From the NCBI GenBank assembly GCA_020724555.1, contig DYGT01000004.1, positions 9,564 to 73,563 of the forward strand: DNA of 64,000 bases, in the 5' to 3' direction. Each line of letters begins with the position of its first letter. Position 1 is the first letter of the stretch. The notes beneath the pieces are model-generated. The model did not search any database and was not told the origin of the DNA. It was given only the letters and a program-made list of their open reading frames with translations. Both the position numbers and the translations under genes were made by a program. Origin of the DNA: Candidatus Microgenomatus sp. GTDB lineage: Bacteria > Patescibacteriota > Microgenomatia > UBA8517. Below are positions 17,797 through 27,941 of this stretch, piece by piece.

Positions 17797-19037
17797 TTAC
17801 TATTAAAAAAGTATTTCCCATAAAGAAAGGCAAAAATTATCAGTTGGGTTGCGGCAACAATATTCATAAATGCCGGATTTGTATATAAAGCTTCCCAGAA
17901 ATCAACATTAGGTACCCAAAACAGATGGTATAAATTCATAAGATGCGCCAAAGATAAGATTGAAATGGGTATAACTAGTTTTGGCTTATATGTCATCAAT
18001 ACCGTGGCTACCGGAAAAAATGGATACAGGTAGCGCTCGTGAATACGGCTCATAAACAAAAATGTGATTAAGGCGGATAGTGCCAGCGCATAAAAAACCT
18101 TCTCATTTTTAGGTTTTTTAAGCCTTAAAAAAAGTAGCGCGATTAAACCCAAAGATAGTAAATATCCCCAAAGGCGAGCTGTTAAGCCAAAAAATTTAAT
18201 AGAATCATATGTCCTACCCGGGTCAACAAGCCACCAAAAATTAAATGCGTTTGCCGTTAAAAAGCCAATCTCTCCCGGTAAAATCCGCTCACGGTAAAGG
18301 TTAATAAGCCAGATAAATAAATCAAACTTTGGATAAAACCACAAAGATACGCCTACCGCTATTAGAGCTGCAGCGAAAATCGCTTTCAACCATACAGTTG
18401 GTTTGTAATTTTGTTTGACTGCAACAAAAAGCAAAACAGGTACAAAGATGGCAAGCGAACCTTTAAAAAGAATAGACAAAGTAAAATACACGGAAGTAAA
18501 AACTAACTTTTTATTCAGAAGTGCAAATATTCCTAATAGTCCTAATAAGTTTACAATTGCGTCCGTTTGCCCCCAGACTGCTGAATTGTACCATGTAACC
18601 GGATTTATCAGCCAGATAACAAGTGCCAAAAGTGCGTATTTTGGCTTATGTTTTTTTACAAAATTATAAAGCAGCAAACCGATGCCCAAGTCGGCTAAAA
18701 TTGAAGGTATTTTTACTAAAAAAGTCATCCCGCGCTCTTCCCAAAACCAAATAAAGGGAGAGGGAAAAATAGGTATTTGTGCGTTCAGAGAACGGATAAA
18801 ATCATAAACATACTCCCAAACTGCCCGCAAAAAAACAAATAATAAAATATATAAAGGTGGCTGGTTGGGAGCTGAAAAAGACCAGATGTCATATTCATAA
18901 AAACCATTTAAACCGCGCACAAAACCCATAGTTCCCCAGGAAATGTTATTATTAAGATCTCCGTGGTAACCCCAAAACATCACCATTAGCCGCAAAACAA
19001 ATCCCAAAATCAAAATAATTAAAACTTTTTTATTCAT
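17793..19037 (-). CDS. Polytopic membrane protein, family E (GT-C-like candidate)
   Basis: 414 aa, about 11 TM segments. N-terminal loop GYHGDLNNNISWGTMGFVRGLNGFYEYDIW. It is a paralog of 44094..45362 (LHPDLWGHSFTAYFFSSEGVFNIYEY). Confidence 0.45.
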   Translation of the reverse strand: MNKKVLIILILGFVLRLMVMFWGYHGDLNNNISWGTMGFVRGLNGFYEYDIWSFSAPNQPPLYILLFVFLRAVWEYVYDFIRSLNAQIPIFPSPFIWFWEERGMTFLVKIPSILADLGIGLLLYNFVKKHKPKYALLALVIWLINPVTWYNSAVWGQTDAIVNLLGLLGIFALLNKKLVFTSVYFTLSILFKGSLAIFVPVLLFVAVKQNYKPTVWLKAIFAAALIAVGVSLWFYPKFDLFIWLINLYRERILPGEIGFLTANAFNFWWLVDPGRTYDSIKFFGLTARLWGYLLSLGLIALLFLRLKKPKNEKVFYALALSALITFLFMSRIHERYLYPFFPVATVLMTYKPKLVIPISILSLAHLMNLYHLFWVPNVDFWEALYTNPAFMNIVAATQLIIFAFLYGKYFFNSK

Positions 19038-20766
19038 TGGCGGCGCCAGTTAACAAATAAAATACCGGTTCCCCCGAAGGATATGCTACCGAGTGCATAA
19101 GCGAAAGACCCGGTGGAGTTCTTTGGGGTTCAAGAATTAGATTCATAGGTATTTCTTTGGCTGAGGCGACATACAAAGTTTTATTATCTAATATTTCCGC
19201 CCACCGAAATACGTTTTCTTTGGGCGAGGCAAAATAAAATTTATCAATGTGGCTCGCATCCCCAAAGCCTTCCAGAGGTACAACATTATCCAGTGGAAAA
19301 TTCTCCTGCCAAAGTTTAGGCGGATATTCATACCAAGCTGCAAAAAATATCCAAGGCGGTTCGTTAGCTACTGAAAAAACTACCCTATCGTATTCACTCT
19401 CATGCTCTTTTACATAAGCGACGGCTTCCTCAAAACCACTGTGCCACCAACGCTCGGAGTTCCATGGGTAATGAACCCAATAATTGTGTTGATAAAATAT
19501 AAAATTAAGCAAAAACAAGCCGAGGTAAGCAGATACAAAAAAAACTTTTTGGCCACGCTTTAATCTTGTTAATGTGTTAAAAAGTCCCCAAGCCATCAAA
19601 ATTATTAAAGGCGGCAGCATTAAAATAAGTCTGGTTGCGTGAGTGCCACCGTCTCTGGTAATTGCTGAGGGAATAGGGGCTGTCAGTATCCAAAAAAGTA
19701 TTAACCATTTTTTACGAACATCGGCCTTACTCCCACCCGAAAAGTAAAAGACTATACCTAAAAATAAAGCCACTGCCTCAACTACATAAAACTGGCCTAT
19801 TCCTCCGATTGAGTGACGGGGGTTGATGTCTCCCTCGTAAAATAAAAAATCCAGAGAAAATGAATCCAAATAATTATTTACAATCATATCTCCCCAGTAA
19901 GTAAATTTATTATGAAATAACCTATCAGTATAACTTGCTGCAAATTCCCCACCTTGCTTTTCGCGAAAGACAACATCGTGTAGCCTCTTATCCCCTACCG
20001 CATACTCTGTATTGGGGTCGGAAAATACGCCAATGTAAGAAAAACGCTGGGCTGCTCCACCGGCAAAAACGCTATAAGCGGTAGGGAGGCCGACTATCAC
20101 AAAAGCAAGAAAAGCGCCAAAAAGATGTTTTGGCTTAAGCTTTTTGAGATCACGCCAGTATAAAATTACCAATATTCCCACAATAACGGGCGTGTACAAT
20201 TTGGCTGAGCTATATATCCAGGGCATAAGCCCCAAGCACAAAGCCGAAAGCCAAAGCCATTTGCCGTCTTTTAATCCTTTGAAAAAAAGATACAAACCCA
20301 TAAAAAAGAAAAACAAAAGTTCGGTTACTTCAAAAGCTCCACGGCTATACTGAATATGCCAAGGCGAAAAAGCCAAAAGAGCTGAAGCCAAAAGTGCCAA
20401 TTTTTCGTTTTTGTAAAAAAAACGGACAAACAAAAACAAAGCAATTATTCCCAATATGCCAAAAATTGCGGCCGGCAAACGCACTCCCAAAGGGCTTATG
20501 CCAAAAAGCCACACCGTGGGAACAGCGGAATATAAATAAAGGGGCGTACGCCACTCAGCCAAAGAGTGCAGATGAAACGGTAAAAAATTGCCGTAATAAT
20601 CGCGTCCGGTTTTCAAAAGAGAATATGCATGGTAACCAACGTCTAATTCATCTCCAAACAATGACACAGGGACTTTGGCCAGCCCGTTAAGCCTCAAGAG
20701 CGAAGCTATAATAATAATCCCGCAAAAAAGCCATTTATTTTTCTTGCTCATATAAAAATTGTACAC
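19030..20766 (-). CDS. GT39/PMT/ArnT-like GT-C membrane glycosyltransferase, family A paralog A6
   Basis: FGDELDVGYHAYSLLKTGRDYYG; FHNKFTYWGDMIVNNYLDSFSLDFLFYEGD; LTAPIPSAITRDGGTHATR. Confidence 0.7.
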   Translation of the reverse strand: MYNFYMSKKNKWLFCGIIIIASLLRLNGLAKVPVSLFGDELDVGYHAYSLLKTGRDYYGNFLPFHLHSLAEWRTPLYLYSAVPTVWLFGISPLGVRLPAAIFGILGIIALFLFVRFFYKNEKLALLASALLAFSPWHIQYSRGAFEVTELLFFFFMGLYLFFKGLKDGKWLWLSALCLGLMPWIYSSAKLYTPVIVGILVILYWRDLKKLKPKHLFGAFLAFVIVGLPTAYSVFAGGAAQRFSYIGVFSDPNTEYAVGDKRLHDVVFREKQGGEFAASYTDRLFHNKFTYWGDMIVNNYLDSFSLDFLFYEGDINPRHSIGGIGQFYVVEAVALFLGIVFYFSGGSKADVRKKWLILFWILTAPIPSAITRDGGTHATRLILMLPPLIILMAWGLFNTLTRLKRGQKVFFVSAYLGLFLLNFIFYQHNYWVHYPWNSERWWHSGFEEAVAYVKEHESEYDRVVFSVANEPPWIFFAAWYEYPPKLWQENFPLDNVVPLEGFGDASHIDKFYFASPKENVFRWAEILDNKTLYVASAKEIPMNLILEPQRTPPGLSLMHSVAYPSGEPVFYLLTGAANE

Positions 20767-21671
20767 TAGGTTTGCTTGTTAAATTTGGCAAATACTGCTT
20801 CATCTGAAACTTTGCTTTGCTTAGCTTCAGCCTTTCTTTTTTTAAGCACCAAATTTCTTTTTTTGCCTGCCAGGTAAATTATTCGGAAATAACCCGGGTG
20901 TTTTAAAGCCCGAATAACCATAGCCCGTATGTGCTTACGAATAAGTCGCCTGCTGGTAACGTTTTTCCAAATTACCAAAAGTTCGTTTCGTTCTTTGATG
21001 CGGTTTAAATATTTTAATTGAAAACTGTATTGGTTTATCACAGATTCATGTTCATGGATGACGTGCGCCTTAGGCTCCCACAAAAGCTCATAGCCGCGTT
21101 TATGTCCGCGATAACCCAAATCCAAATCTTCCCAGTAAAACGGACTAAAAAGTTCTTCATCCAGCCCTTTTAACTCCATCCATATGCTTCGCCTAAACAC
21201 ACCACTGCCGCCACTCACCCAAAACGTAGCATGAGCTTTATCCGCGGTAACGCCGGGCGAATGTTGAATATAACCATCAGCAAAACTAACGTTTGCCCAG
21301 GATGCTCCTTTTTCATGCAGCCCCACGGCAAAAACATTTTTATTTTTAAAATGTGGGATCACGGACTCCAAAAAATCAGCGGCGGGGATAACGTCCGTAT
21401 TTAAAAGACATACCAATTCTCCTTTTGCCATCCTTACGCCGTGGTTAACGCTGTAGCTGAAACCTCTATTTTTGGATTGCTTTATTAAGCGGATCTCACC
21501 TTTATAATTTTTTTGTAAAAAATTAACCGAATCATCTGATGAAAAATCGTCCACTATGATTATTTCCAAAATACTGTTTTTAGGATTTTTAGCTGAAGAC
21601 AAGACAAAAGGCAGATTTTTTTCTAATAAGTGTCTGCCGTTCCAGTTGGGAATTATTACACTTACATTCAT
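20766..21671 (-). CDS. GT2 glycosyltransferase (rhamnosyl/hexosyl-transferase type)
   Basis: VSVIIPNWNGRHLLEKNL; IIVDDFSSDDSVNFL; NRGFSYSVNHG; LLNTDV. Confidence 0.8.
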   Translation of the reverse strand: MNVSVIIPNWNGRHLLEKNLPFVLSSAKNPKNSILEIIIVDDFSSDDSVNFLQKNYKGEIRLIKQSKNRGFSYSVNHGVRMAKGELVCLLNTDVIPAADFLESVIPHFKNKNVFAVGLHEKGASWANVSFADGYIQHSPGVTADKAHATFWVSGGSGVFRRSIWMELKGLDEELFSPFYWEDLDLGYRGHKRGYELLWEPKAHVIHEHESVINQYSFQLKYLNRIKERNELLVIWKNVTSRRLIRKHIRAMVIRALKHPGYFRIIYLAGKKRNLVLKKRKAEAKQSKVSDEAVFAKFNKQT

Positions 21672-22318
21672 TTTATTTTTCTAATTTTAACAAGGTTAAG
21701 CATACCCCAGGCAAAATTACGATCCACCTCTACTCCAAAACCGGCTGCTTTTGCATATTTAGACAACTTATTATCTTTACTAAAAGACTGGATGTGGGTA
21801 TTATCCCATATTTTTGCCCACCAAAAATTTGTCACAAACCACCAAATAATTGTAAACAAAACGCTGTCGGTAGGGACGAGCAATATAGCATAGCCATCTT
21901 TTTTTAAAACGCGCTTTATTTCTTTTAGAACGATTTTAGGGCTTCTGACGTGTTCCATTACTTCCAGTGCAAATACTGCATCAAACTCGCTCTCGGCAAA
22001 AGGAAGTTTATGGGCATCTCCCAGTTTAAATTCCATTTTTTTTGTCCGCCAATGCTTATTTGCCCAATTTACGGATGATTGCAAAACATCAACTCCTATT
22101 AACTTGTCCGCTTTTGTTTTACTCATAATTTCATGGCTAAACAAGCCGTCAGCGCTACCGATATCAAGCACCGATTTAGCTTTATCTATTTCTTTTTTTA
22201 CTTCCCTGAACCGCATATTATGCCAATAACGCTGAAGCACATTCCTTCGTATAGATTGAAAATACCAATCGGGTGGTACGTTTTTATGCAGCGATGCTGC
22301 CTCTTTGAGACTATTCAT
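21668..22318 (-). CDS. Class I SAM-dependent methyltransferase
   Basis: VLDIGSADGLFS (motif I); FDAVFALEVMEHV. Confidence 0.8.
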   Translation of the reverse strand: MNSLKEAASLHKNVPPDWYFQSIRRNVLQRYWHNMRFREVKKEIDKAKSVLDIGSADGLFSHEIMSKTKADKLIGVDVLQSSVNWANKHWRTKKMEFKLGDAHKLPFAESEFDAVFALEVMEHVRSPKIVLKEIKRVLKKDGYAILLVPTDSVLFTIIWWFVTNFWWAKIWDNTHIQSFSKDNKLSKYAKAAGFGVEVDRNFAWGMLNLVKIRKIK

Positions 22319-23834
22319 TATTTAACTTTCTTTTTTGTACTACAATATCACCAAAGGACTTTTCCTCAAGCAAAACAGACCTACTATCCTCATATGAAAT
22401 AGTATCACTAATAAATTTGCTTGGTATACCGGCAGATGGTTCTAAAATCAAAAAACTAACGTCGGATTTTACCTCACTCGGCAGGTTATTGCCTAGCCTG
22501 CCCACCTGATCGCGGCCGATCCAAACTGGTAAAAAGCCGTATTTATCCACTCCGTACCAATTGTACAAATAAGACCAAACAGAGTTGATCCACAATGGAG
22601 AAGTAACGGAATTGATGGCAAAATTGCCACCACCTTCGCTATATGTATAATCAATTGCCGCAAGCTCTTTGGCCAGCACCATATCTTTTTGAATCGAGAA
22701 TATGGTTGCACCATTTTTATTCTCGCGCAAAATCATGGATATATTTGTTATAGCAATTAATATAACAAAAATACCTACCCCAACTCTTTTGCCGGTTTCC
22801 CATTGCTTTCTGAGAAAAATTCCCATTAAAACCGTGACTGCCGGCCCAATCCCAACCATTAAAAAAGGTGTACTTGTGCCACCAACCGAAACGACACTCA
22901 GATGCGCCAATAGCCATGTTGCTAAAAACGGCTCCCAGGAAATCGTGCGTGTATTTTTACTTTTGCGCCAATAGACAAGGCTCATTATTAAAATGGTAAA
23001 TACAAAAAAGGCCCCATAACCTATGTTGCCCGGATATGTCCAATAAGCAAAAACACGACCTATTTGGTTTAAAAATAAAATCAGATAATCGCCAAAACTT
23101 TTAGCCATTTTCAATGAACCTTCCGCGTTTGCCAAACTTGTCAAACCCCAAAAACCCCTAAAGCCAAATTTAATTTCCGTTAAAATCATGGTGCTGACGG
23201 ATAACAAACCACAGACAATAAATTGAAACACTTCTTTTTTGTTGATTTTCTCTCGCGCCACCCACAGCCAGATTAATAGAGGGAGCGTATGGTAAAGTAA
23301 AAACACCTCCGCTTGTACCGAAAAACCCAAAGCAACTGCGGCCAACGCCGGGGCATATTTGTGTTTTTTATTTATCCATAACCAAAGCCCTAAATAAAAA
23401 ACAGGTACTGTAACTATGGCTATTGTGGGGTTACTTAACCAAGTTGCATATTGAGTGGCTTCAAACGACACGGCATAAAAAAATCCCGTTAAAATTGCCG
23501 CACCCCATTTTTTGGTCATAAAATAAGCAATCACCGAAACCACAAAAATTCCTAGAGAATTAAAAATGGCAAGCCAATAAGCAGCAACTACAGGATTGTC
23601 CGACACAAGATATGGAGGCACTAAAAAGTAATAATATAAAACGCCGTGGTATAGCCCCGGAGTCGAAGACGGAGGCCCAAGTACTTTTAAATCCCCGGAA
23701 ATAATTTCTTTTGTGACATATGCGTCGCGCGCTTGGTCATAACCAAAAGTAAGCGAATTTTGCGGCAAAAACATTACTCGCAAAAAAATTCCAAATAAAA
23801 ATATTAAAACAAATATAATAATTTTACTTTTCAT
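22311..23834 (-). CDS. ArnT-like GT-C membrane glycosyltransferase, family C paralog C1
   Basis: FGYDQARDAYVTKEIISGDLKVLGPPSSTPGLYHGVLYYYF. 507 aa, polytopic. Confidence 0.6.
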   Translation of the reverse strand: MKSKIIIFVLIFLFGIFLRVMFLPQNSLTFGYDQARDAYVTKEIISGDLKVLGPPSSTPGLYHGVLYYYFLVPPYLVSDNPVVAAYWLAIFNSLGIFVVSVIAYFMTKKWGAAILTGFFYAVSFEATQYATWLSNPTIAIVTVPVFYLGLWLWINKKHKYAPALAAVALGFSVQAEVFLLYHTLPLLIWLWVAREKINKKEVFQFIVCGLLSVSTMILTEIKFGFRGFWGLTSLANAEGSLKMAKSFGDYLILFLNQIGRVFAYWTYPGNIGYGAFFVFTILIMSLVYWRKSKNTRTISWEPFLATWLLAHLSVVSVGGTSTPFLMVGIGPAVTVLMGIFLRKQWETGKRVGVGIFVILIAITNISMILRENKNGATIFSIQKDMVLAKELAAIDYTYSEGGGNFAINSVTSPLWINSVWSYLYNWYGVDKYGFLPVWIGRDQVGRLGNNLPSEVKSDVSFLILEPSAGIPSKFISDTISYEDSRSVLLEEKSFGDIVVQKRKLNNE

Positions 23835-26193
23835 ACCAAACTAGTATAGCAGACCTAATTAACGCAGTTAGGACAAAAAATCCGGAAAACATGCTTATAA
23901 ATAAAGCTAGCTTGAACGATTTTGGATAATAATTTAAGGTCAGGCTGTGGCGTCCTTCAGGAATTGCTACGCCTTGAAAGGCATAGTTGGCAGCAAAAAT
24001 ATCTACATCAACGCCATCGAGTTTAGCTTGCCAACCGGGATAATTTGTATTTGATATAACTAAAATGCCGGGACTATTTGTATCTATAGATATCACACTT
24101 TTTTGCGGATTATATTCTTTGAAATCCACTTGATTAGCTGTATCTTTTTGGGGCTTGACAGAAGGGCGATTTTCAACAACCACCTCTTTGTCCATTTCAA
24201 AATCGCTGCCAAGAAGTATGTCAAAAGCATCCAGACCTTCCGCGACTTGCCAATCAAATACCATATAAGCTCTAGGAAGTGCGTCCACGGCTTCCATGAC
24301 AACCACACTTTTATCCTCAAATACCGGTTTAAAGCGCTCGGATAAAAATCTTTCCGGCAGCTCACCTTCCGGGCTCGGCTTGCCCCGGCTAGTTTTCAAA
24401 GCCAGATAATATTTGGTATTTGCCATAGCAAGTAGCGGACTCGTGTCGTTATCGATTATGCCGTATCTGCCCGCGGGATCGGCGTCTTTGGAGTTGCTGT
24501 TAAGAGCCGCTATAAAACGCGATGCTTTCTCGGGACGCATTGTTTCATAGCCACCCAAAGTTTCCAATCCATACGGCATGTGTAAATTTACAGGCATCGT
24601 ATCCCCCAAACTTATGCGAAAAGGTGGCTCTTGGCTTTTTAAAAATTCAATTACCGGCGTTGTCGGATATATAAAACTACGCGGAGCAAAAGAAGTAAAT
24701 TTCCAGCCAAAACGAAATAACTCAAGGACTGCCAGCATAAAAACAATTAATACTCCAAGATATACTTGTTTTAACTTTTTTGCTAAAAAAAGCACTAAAA
24801 ATGTCGTCGTCAAGATCGCGCCGGGAAACAGCAAATTTCTCATACCGACCATATAATTTTCGTTATTATTGTCTATTTTGTACAAATAAAAGCTAATTAA
24901 AAAATAAACCCCCAAAATAATTCCGGTAGATAAACTTACCAAAATTGTTTTAGTACTTTTTCTTTCTTTTAAATATGCATCTACTCCAAAGGCGCAGAGC
25001 AAAGCAACAGCCAGATTTAGTAAAACCAATCCGCGGTGTGCCGAAGACGAGCGCATGCCAAACAAATTATTTTTCCATGCAAATATCGAAATGGGCGTGG
25101 GGTAAACCAAAATTAAACTAACAATAAGAAGAATTATTGGATATTTCATAAATTTTTTTCGCTGCGCCGCAGCTAAAGCATAAAATGTAAACATAAATGC
25201 GATTACTCCGGAAAAACCGGTGTTGCTCGTATAATCCTGAGGTCCCCAATAATTTCCGGTTGCATGGTTGCCAAAAAAATCAGGTGCAATAAAAGTTATT
25301 GTCTTTATAAACGGCAAAAACGCCCACTCAAAAGGGTGTGGTTCGGCTGTCCATTGAGAAAGGCCCAATAATTCTATACTTGGTATAAGCTGAATTGCTG
25401 ACAAACCTAGTCCTAATAGATAATAAAACCCTAGCCTGCCGGTTTTATATATAAAATCAATGTCATTTTTGAAATACAAAAACCACAACAATAAGCTGGC
25501 AATTCCCGTATAAATAATTGTTTGCGGGTATCCGGAAAAAATTTGGAAACAGAAAATTATTGCCAAGCCAAGACCGCTAAATCTACCCATCCCTTTTAGA
25601 ATTCTATCTTCAAAATAGAGTAGCAAAGGTATGAATGCGGCTCCCAAAGCATGTCCGTTCCATCCGGACCAGATCATATTAAAACCGGAAAATGCATAAA
25701 CAATTCCCCCCAAAACGCTTGCTATTTTCGACGCTTTCCAGTGCCGAAGAAGAATATACGTAAACAAAGCTGCGAAAAAATGCTGACTGATGATTTGTAT
25801 CGTCCAGGCATCGAAAACATTAAAAATAAAATAAAATATTGCCGTAGGAGAAAACGGTGCTGATTGAAAATTTGCTAAAAGCGGAGTGCCTCCCAAAATA
25901 AACGGATTCCACAAAGGCCAAAAACCTTGTTTTAATTGCTCGACGGCAAAAGTTTGCATCGGAAAGATAAAAGACGGAATATCTGCTAAGATTGGATTTT
26001 TAACCGGTACTCCTACCTCAAAACCCCATTTATAATCCAGCCATGGATAATAAATACCGACAACAAAATCTCCGGGGAAAGGTACCAAACCGATAACAAC
26101 TCTCCAAAAAAATACCAATACGGCCACTAAAATCATAAAAACCGGCCAATATTTTTTACAAAAGGGAGTTAATCTTTTCAAAAAATCTTTCAT
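23824..26193 (-). CDS. YfhO-like large polytopic membrane protein (789 aa), a GT-C-type candidate
   Basis: N-terminal region GDFVVGIYYPWLDY...FWPLWNPFILGGTPLLANFQSAPFSP. About 15 or more hydrophobic segments plus a C-terminal extracytoplasmic domain, reminiscent of the YfhO family. I cannot confirm without an HMM search. Confidence 0.45.
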   Translation of the reverse strand: MKDFLKRLTPFCKKYWPVFMILVAVLVFFWRVVIGLVPFPGDFVVGIYYPWLDYKWGFEVGVPVKNPILADIPSFIFPMQTFAVEQLKQGFWPLWNPFILGGTPLLANFQSAPFSPTAIFYFIFNVFDAWTIQIISQHFFAALFTYILLRHWKASKIASVLGGIVYAFSGFNMIWSGWNGHALGAAFIPLLLYFEDRILKGMGRFSGLGLAIIFCFQIFSGYPQTIIYTGIASLLLWFLYFKNDIDFIYKTGRLGFYYLLGLGLSAIQLIPSIELLGLSQWTAEPHPFEWAFLPFIKTITFIAPDFFGNHATGNYWGPQDYTSNTGFSGVIAFMFTFYALAAAQRKKFMKYPIILLIVSLILVYPTPISIFAWKNNLFGMRSSSAHRGLVLLNLAVALLCAFGVDAYLKERKSTKTILVSLSTGIILGVYFLISFYLYKIDNNNENYMVGMRNLLFPGAILTTTFLVLFLAKKLKQVYLGVLIVFMLAVLELFRFGWKFTSFAPRSFIYPTTPVIEFLKSQEPPFRISLGDTMPVNLHMPYGLETLGGYETMRPEKASRFIAALNSNSKDADPAGRYGIIDNDTSPLLAMANTKYYLALKTSRGKPSPEGELPERFLSERFKPVFEDKSVVVMEAVDALPRAYMVFDWQVAEGLDAFDILLGSDFEMDKEVVVENRPSVKPQKDTANQVDFKEYNPQKSVISIDTNSPGILVISNTNYPGWQAKLDGVDVDIFAANYAFQGVAIPEGRHSLTLNYYPKSFKLALFISMFSGFFVLTALIRSAILVWYEK

Positions 26194-27184
26194 ACGAGTA
26201 ATTTTTGCTTTTTATAAGTGCGTTTTTTCCAAATTTACGAAGTATTTTATTATCCTGAGCCAACTGTAAAGTTTTTTCCTTTAGCCCGGCTTTTGTCTTC
26301 CAGAAAAAGCCATTAATGCTGTCATCTATAATTTCCACTTGGCCTCCTCCTTTATAAACCAGAGGAACGGCCCCACTTGCCATGGCCTCCAGTGTGCTTA
26401 TGCCGAAATGCTCCATTTTTTCAGGATTTTTATCTTCTTCTATGTCGTACCCGCTTGCAGACCAAAATATTTTGGCTTTCCCATACAAGTCCTGAAGCGT
26501 AGCCAGATCGGGGCTCTCTAAAATCGTAACCGGGTAAGACATAATACTGCCGCGGAGAGCTTTCAAAAAACTATCGGCTCCTACTTCAGCTCCTCCGGCA
26601 AGAACTAATCTCCAGTCTTTTAATCCTGAATCATAAACTTTTTTAAAGGCGTCTATCAGGTGTTCCTGGCCTTTGGCTTGCTTTAATGCTGAAAAACGCC
26701 CTACGTATAAAATTATATTTTCTTTTTTTTTCGGCTTAAATCTTTTAATATCAACGGGGGGATAAATAACAACACTATTTACTCCATATTCTCGGTCAAT
26801 AAATTTTTTAGTAAATTGGGAATTACAAATCACCTTTGCAATCCGAAAGAATTTCATTTTGTTGATTAAAGTTTTTCCGCCTACTTTTTGGAAAGGCACT
26901 TGAAAATGAAGCCAATTTTTTCGCGCTCGCAACAAGGGTATGCTTCCGTCGCTAACCCAGAAACAAATATCATAACCGTCTCCTCTTTTGATATCACCCA
27001 CAACCTCCGTATCTTTTAAAGCAAAACCAAAGCGCTCCTCAAGTTTTTTTAATATTTCCCTGTCTTTCCACTCAACATAAACTTTATAATTAGCTTTTTG
27101 TAAAGCTTGAACAACGGCCAGGGTATAGCGCTCTCCCCCTCCCATGGTATCAAGATAAGGATTAAATATTGCTGCTTTTTTCAT
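26156..27184 (-). CDS. GT4 glycosyltransferase
   Basis: GGGERYTL at the N-terminus; ISTLEAMASGAVPLV; GGGQVEII. Confidence 0.8.
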   Translation of the reverse strand: MKKAAIFNPYLDTMGGGERYTLAVVQALQKANYKVYVEWKDREILKKLEERFGFALKDTEVVGDIKRGDGYDICFWVSDGSIPLLRARKNWLHFQVPFQKVGGKTLINKMKFFRIAKVICNSQFTKKFIDREYGVNSVVIYPPVDIKRFKPKKKENIILYVGRFSALKQAKGQEHLIDAFKKVYDSGLKDWRLVLAGGAEVGADSFLKALRGSIMSYPVTILESPDLATLQDLYGKAKIFWSASGYDIEEDKNPEKMEHFGISTLEAMASGAVPLVYKGGGQVEIIDDSINGFFWKTKAGLKEKTLQLAQDNKILRKFGKNALIKSKNYSYERFFEKINSLL

Positions 27185-27941
27185 ATTTTAATTGCATCTC
27201 CCAAAGCTTTGCATAGCTGGTAAATCGACTAAACACCTGATAAACAGCGTAGATAATCCCTTCCGGTCCGTCTAAAAATGCCATTTGCCTAAACATGCGA
27301 AGGTAAAATTCACGCGACATGGCCGTCATAAAACGCCACACATTCATTGGGGGGTGATTGGCTTTAAACATCAGTTCCGCCTCAAGCTCGCTCCAAGAAT
27401 TGGTCTTCTCTACCATCTCGGACAGGTTTTCGTGCTTGATGTGAAGAAAGCTTGCTTTCAAATGCCCAAGCCCTCCTTCAAATTGCGGCTCTTCGTGGAG
27501 CTTGCCCATCCATTGGGAAAGAGCGTTTTTCTGGAAAAGTCTTTTGACATAATCGGGCCTTTGCCCTGTATGTTTAAACTCGCGGCCAAATATAAAGTTA
27601 CGCCTGGGAATTGCATAAGCTGAAAATTTCGGATCGTTAATAACATCCAAAATCTCATCGCGTAATTTATCGTCCACCCTTTCATCAGCATCTATATAAA
27701 AAAGCCACCTACAATTCGCTTCTTTTAACCCTCTGTTTCTGGATTGGGAAAAATTTGGCTCATCAAGCCTTGGAAGGTCAATAACTTTGGCGCCGTACTT
27801 TTTGGCAATCTCGGCGGTTTTATCTATTGAACCGTTATTAATAACTACTATTTCATCTACCCAGCCAAGGCTCTTTAAACAATCGGGAAGCATACGCTCT
27901 TCATCTTTGGCTATTATTATTGCGGAGATGTTTTTCTTCAT
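27162..27941 (-). CDS. GT2 glycosyltransferase (WaaE/KdtX-like subfamily)
   Basis: ISAIIIAKDEERML; VDEIVVINNGSIDKTAEIA; YIDADE. Confidence 0.8.
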   Translation of the reverse strand: MKKNISAIIIAKDEERMLPDCLKSLGWVDEIVVINNGSIDKTAEIAKKYGAKVIDLPRLDEPNFSQSRNRGLKEANCRWLFYIDADERVDDKLRDEILDVINDPKFSAYAIPRRNFIFGREFKHTGQRPDYVKRLFQKNALSQWMGKLHEEPQFEGGLGHLKASFLHIKHENLSEMVEKTNSWSELEAELMFKANHPPMNVWRFMTAMSREFYLRMFRQMAFLDGPEGIIYAVYQVFSRFTSYAKLWEMQLKYEKSSNI

